Shown here piece by piece: positions 63,660-64,000 of a stretch of 64,000 nucleotides of DNA (position 1 is its first letter; each line of letters begins with the position of its first letter). The notes below the pieces were generated by a model. It saw only the letters and a program-made list of their open reading frames with translations. It made no database searches and was not told the DNA's origin. This DNA comes from Sphyrna mokarran. Its lineage: Eukaryota. The position numbers and the translations under genes are program-made. The stretch covers positions 28,272,001 to 28,336,000 of the forward strand of contig JAGIQG010000003.1 in assembly GCA_024679065.1 (NCBI GenBank). The letters are read 5' to 3'.

Positions 63660-64000
63660 TTTTTCTTTATTCTTTCATGGAGTGAAACTGCATAGAGTGT
63701 CACTGGTAAGGCCAGCATTTGTTGCCCATCCCTAATTCCCCTTGAAGTTCTTGTTAAGAGTCAACCACATTGTTGTGGTTTGAAGTCAAATGCAGACTAG
63801 ACAAAGTGAGGATGGCAGTTTACTTCCTTAACGGAGATTAATGGATTGGATATATTTTTGCAACAATTGGAAATAATTACCATTACTGAGACCAGTTTTC
63901 AATTCCTGACTTTTGCTCTTTAAAATTGAATTTAAATTCTACCAGTAGCCATACAGGGAGTTGAACCCATTTTCCAGAGACCTCTGGAGTACCAAGCTAG
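63660..64000 (-). mobile_element. 11605-type SINE
   Basis: ggccagcatttgttgcccatccctaatt...agagtcaaccacattg...gggagttgaaccc. Confidence 0.8.

Overview
AT-rich, repeat-dense non-coding vertebrate DNA. The repeat repertoire (HER1/CR1 LINEs, HE1 V-SINEs, Deu-domain SINEs, Rex1/Babar, Penelope-like remnants, PIF/Harbinger and its MITEs) points to a cartilaginous fish, probably a shark. I found no host exon, tRNA, rRNA or CRISPR array, so this is likely intergenic DNA or a large intron. Every meaningful ORF is transposon-derived. Main points: (1) A short Penelope-like family carries minimal type I hammerhead ribozymes (HHRs). The cores are intact at 10.8 kb and 36.1 kb; a tandem-plus-palindromic array at 63.3 kb is flanked by a 12-bp TSD. 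(2) A decayed two-gene Harbinger transposon (39.35-47.5 kb) has ends that match local MITEs. (3) A CR1-group LINE begins with a tRNA-SINE head, and a SINE family shares both of its ends. (4) A young CR1 uses a captured V-SINE as its 3' end and contains an exact 87-bp inverted templated insertion. (5) Several repeat-free, motif-dense blocks may be conserved enhancers. Family names come from my recall of consensus motifs, not from a database search, and boundaries of old repeats are approximate.
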